Source: Vicugna vicugna
Lineage: Eukaryota
Assembly: GCA_013265495.1 (NCBI GenBank)
Contig: MU058687.1
Span: 1,550,001-1,614,000, forward strand
Length of the DNA: 64,000 nucleotides
Reading direction: 5' to 3'
Each line of letters opens with the position of its first letter. Positions within the stretch are counted from its first letter, which is position 1. Shown here piece by piece: positions 61,057 through 64,000 of the stretch. The notes under the pieces are model-generated. The model was not told where the DNA came from and did not search any database. It saw only the letters and a program-made list of their open reading frames with translations. A program made the position numbers and the translations under genes.

Positions 61057-62315
61057 GGGTATCACAACCCCCAGACCACCCTCTATCCCTGCCTCCTCCC
61101 ACTTTTCACTAATTTTCACGAGGAAGAGGTAGGAATTTCTGGATCACAAGATTTTTTCTGATATCTCAGACTTTCCCAGCACCCTGGCTGGGAGCAGATT
61201 TTTGATCACCATGGAGATGCTGGGGACATGTCAATTTCCAAAGGAGTGAGTGTCTGGGATACAGAGGGAAATAAGCTCTTTCACAGGCTTTGGGTCCAGG
61301 CACAGAGGGAAGACTGAGTCCTGCTCAGGTGCCACGGTAGATGTGGGGGATGGAAACAGGGAGTGTCAGTAGTTTGGTGTCGTGGTTACCTGATTCACTG
61401 AGAGAGGGACTTTGCCAACAGTGAAATTACATGACACAGCTGTTGTCACTGTGTAAGTCTCGTGGCTGATTTCCATCTGAGTTTACACCCGTTTCTCTAA
61501 GTCGGTGTTTCCAAACTGTCATTACCCACATCCCACCAGCGCCATTTCTGCTGCATCGATGAACCATCTACACTGTGACTTCCTTTTAAAAATCAGCTCA
61601 CTTTTATTACTTGAATGCACGTGTTTGAAAAGGAAACCAGGGAGACCAGCAGGAGGAGTGAGAGCAGCAGATCCAAGCCAGCCCCAGGGGACAGGCTGCT
61701 CGCAGAGGCCAGAGGCCAAGGCGGGCAGTGGCAGGGGAGGCAGGGAGAGGGCTGGGAGCGGGAGGCAGGTTCTGCGGGCTGAGCAGAGGGGAGGGAGTAG
61801 CCCTGCTGTGTGCTCATGGACAAGTCCCTTAACTTTTCTAACTTTTGGCTTCTTCTCTTGTAGGATGGAGATAATATTGGCTACTGCAGAAGGTAGGGGA
61901 GAGGAGTGAATGAGACAGTAAGTGGAGGGCACTTAGGGAGCAGAGGTTATCAGCTAGGAAGTGCTTCCAAGCAGCAAGAGAGCAGGGAACTAGCTACCTC
62001 ACTTTAAAGGTCCCCGATTCTCAATGCGTATGAGCTAAGGGTCGTGGATGGCACTGCTGGTGTAATCTCCTGGTGGACTGTCCCTCTCTTTCTGGAAACT
62101 GTCCCTCCTCCACTCCAATATGGCCTCTGTGGAGTGGCCTCCCTCACCCTCATTGTCACGGTTGAGGGATCTAGGGATGGGCATCTGGGAGTTTGTATTT
62201 GGGACAGAAAATCAGGGCAGCCTTTCTCAGGTAGCTGAAGCTGTTAAGAGGTGGAAGTCCATCATGGAGAAAACCAGTCTGTAGGAAGAGAGGTAAAGAA
62301 AGCAGGCATGCAGGA

Positions 62316-62658
62316 TGCTCTGAACTGTTTGTGTCCTACCCCCTGCCCAAAATTCACATGCTGAAACCTAACCCCCAGTGTGATGGTTTTAGGAGGTGAG
62401 GCCTTTAGGAGGTGACTGGGTCATGAGAGTGGAGCCCTCATGAATGGGGTTAGTGCCCTTATGAAAGAGACCCCAGAGAGCTCCCTTGCCCTTCCTACCA
62501 CAGCAAGAGACACCATCCAGAAACAGGAAGGGGGCCTCCCCAGACATCGAATCTGCCAGTTCCTAGAACCTGGGACCTCCCCGTCTGTAGAACTGTGAGA
62601 CATAAATTTGTCATATGTAAGGTATTTTGGTTACAGCAGCTCAAATGGATTGAGCCAC
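62316..62658 (+). mobile_element. MLT1A-type (MaLR) solo LTR
   Basis: aaaattcacatgctgaaacctaacccccagtgtgatgg...gagccctcatgaatggggttagtgcccttatgaaagagacccc...aactgtgagacataaattt...ttacagcagc. Confidence 0.85.
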
Positions 62659-63599
62659 AGGGAGACTCCGAGAAGAAAAGGGCTCTGAGCACTGTCAAGC
62701 CCTCGGTATGGGGGGTTCCCAGGGCTTCGGCTGTGCTCTGCCCCCTCTGCCCCTCCACTGGTCGGCTCCTCCTTAAAGTCTGAGAGCACCCCTCGTGCTC
62801 TTAAAGCACATTCTCTTTGCACTTAAGCTGGTTCAAGTTGGGCACCTGTCCTTTGCATTCAGTGCAACAGTAAAAGGGAAAAGGCAAGCGAAAAAGCTGA
62901 GGGACAGTCAGCACTTGTGGCCTCCCCACGTGAGACACCAGGAAGCGCTTTCATGTCTGCTCAGAGTCAGGGCAGCTGGAGGCATCAGCGGCAAAAACTT
63001 CACTCAACTATTAACTTCGTAAAACTTAAGGGAATCTATAAATACTTGAGCTTCATTTTGGACTTGTTTGTTTCTTTCTAATTAGTGTATTTATTTACAG
63101 AATTAAGGTGAACCTGAGCCAAGTGCCCTGCCCTGAAGTCGTAGGGGGTGTGATGCCAAAGACTGAAAGATGAGAAGATGAATTCAGGATTCCTTACTTC
63201 CCATAAAATGGGATTATTGGATTTTCATGGGAATCACACTTGGAATTTAAAGCAGCTTCTGTGGCCTCTTGACCTTGCAATGGCTAAGGAGCTGCAGGAA
63301 GGGGAGGCAGCCCAATAAGGGAAGAAGGAGAGAGAAACAGGAGGCAGGGGTGAGGGTGACACAGGGCACTTTTCCTTTACAATGTCACTCTCTCTGCAAG
63401 ATTTCCAGGTGGAAGCTGTTCCTCTCCCTCCAGAGGGCATCACCCTGAGTCCTCCCTCTGCCTCCCCTCCCTCATGCAATCCCATCCAACCCTAGCTCTC
63501 ACTACCCCTTGCTCCCCATCCCCCTGCCACTGCCTGTGTTCAGTTTGCAAACTCCATTCTCACCTGGGTGACCACAGCATTGTCCTGGGAGGTCCCTCT

Positions 63600-64000
63600 G
63601 TCCCCATGCTCACCACCCCCAACCCTAGCTGGGTTCTCCAGGAAGCAGCCAGAACAACCTGTCCAAGTGACAAACTGATGATGTCCCTCATCTGCTTAAA
63701 ACCTCTCAATGGCTTCCCTTTGCTCTCAGGATAAAGCAAAAATCCCTTGACTGTGCCTGCACCATCTGCTGCCTCTCTCTCCAGCCTTGCCCTCTCCCTC
63801 ACTCTGCTCCAGACACAGGGTCTTTGTTTAATTCCTTAAGGGGCTGTGCTCATTCCCGGCTCAGGGATTTTGCTCATACTGTTCCCCCTGCCTGAAATGC
63901 CCTTCCCCTCTCTTTCACTTACTTAGTTCTCCCTCTTTCCTAAGATCTGGTCCTTCTTTACAAATTCTTACAAATAACCCTCACAGCATTTATCACAATT
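63600..64000 (+). mobile_element. L2 fragment running off the window end
   Basis: ctgcttaaaacctctcaatggcttccc, ctctgctccagacac, gctcatactgttccccctgcctgaaatgcccttcc. Confidence 0.7.

Noticed and set aside
1..64000. CRISPR arrays, prokaryotic operons or defence systems
   Set aside because: The sequence is mammalian (spliced gene, LINE/SINE/LTR content); no regularly spaced repeat-spacer array seen

Overview
Mammalian genomic DNA containing one complete protein-coding gene, BATF (AP-1 family bZIP transcription factor). It lies on the + strand in three coding exons (26196-26258, 28513-28617, 46389-46598) that splice in phase 0 to a 125-aa protein. About ten tRNA-Ala(AGC)-derived SINEs resembling the camelid vic-1 family suggest a camel, alpaca or llama genome (inference). 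The rest is intergenic or intronic DNA with L1, L2, MIR, ERV/MaLR LTRs, hAT and Tigger DNA transposons, microsatellites, and several clusters of immune transcription-factor motifs (NF-kB, STAT, RBPJ, RUNX, octamer, AP-1, CTCF). Nearly all other ORFs in the track are spurious or L1-derived. I see no convincing wholly new biological system. The best leads are: a dense intron-2 enhancer candidate; a competing exon-3 acceptor that would give an immediate stop; a 48-codon uORF; a non-canonical AGTAAA poly(A) signal; an unexplained 300-bp TSD-flanked insert inside an L1; a MER41-like LTR upstream; and repeated SINE insertion into the same target sites. Repeat family names come from my memory of consensus sequences, and repeat boundaries are approximate unless defined by TSDs.
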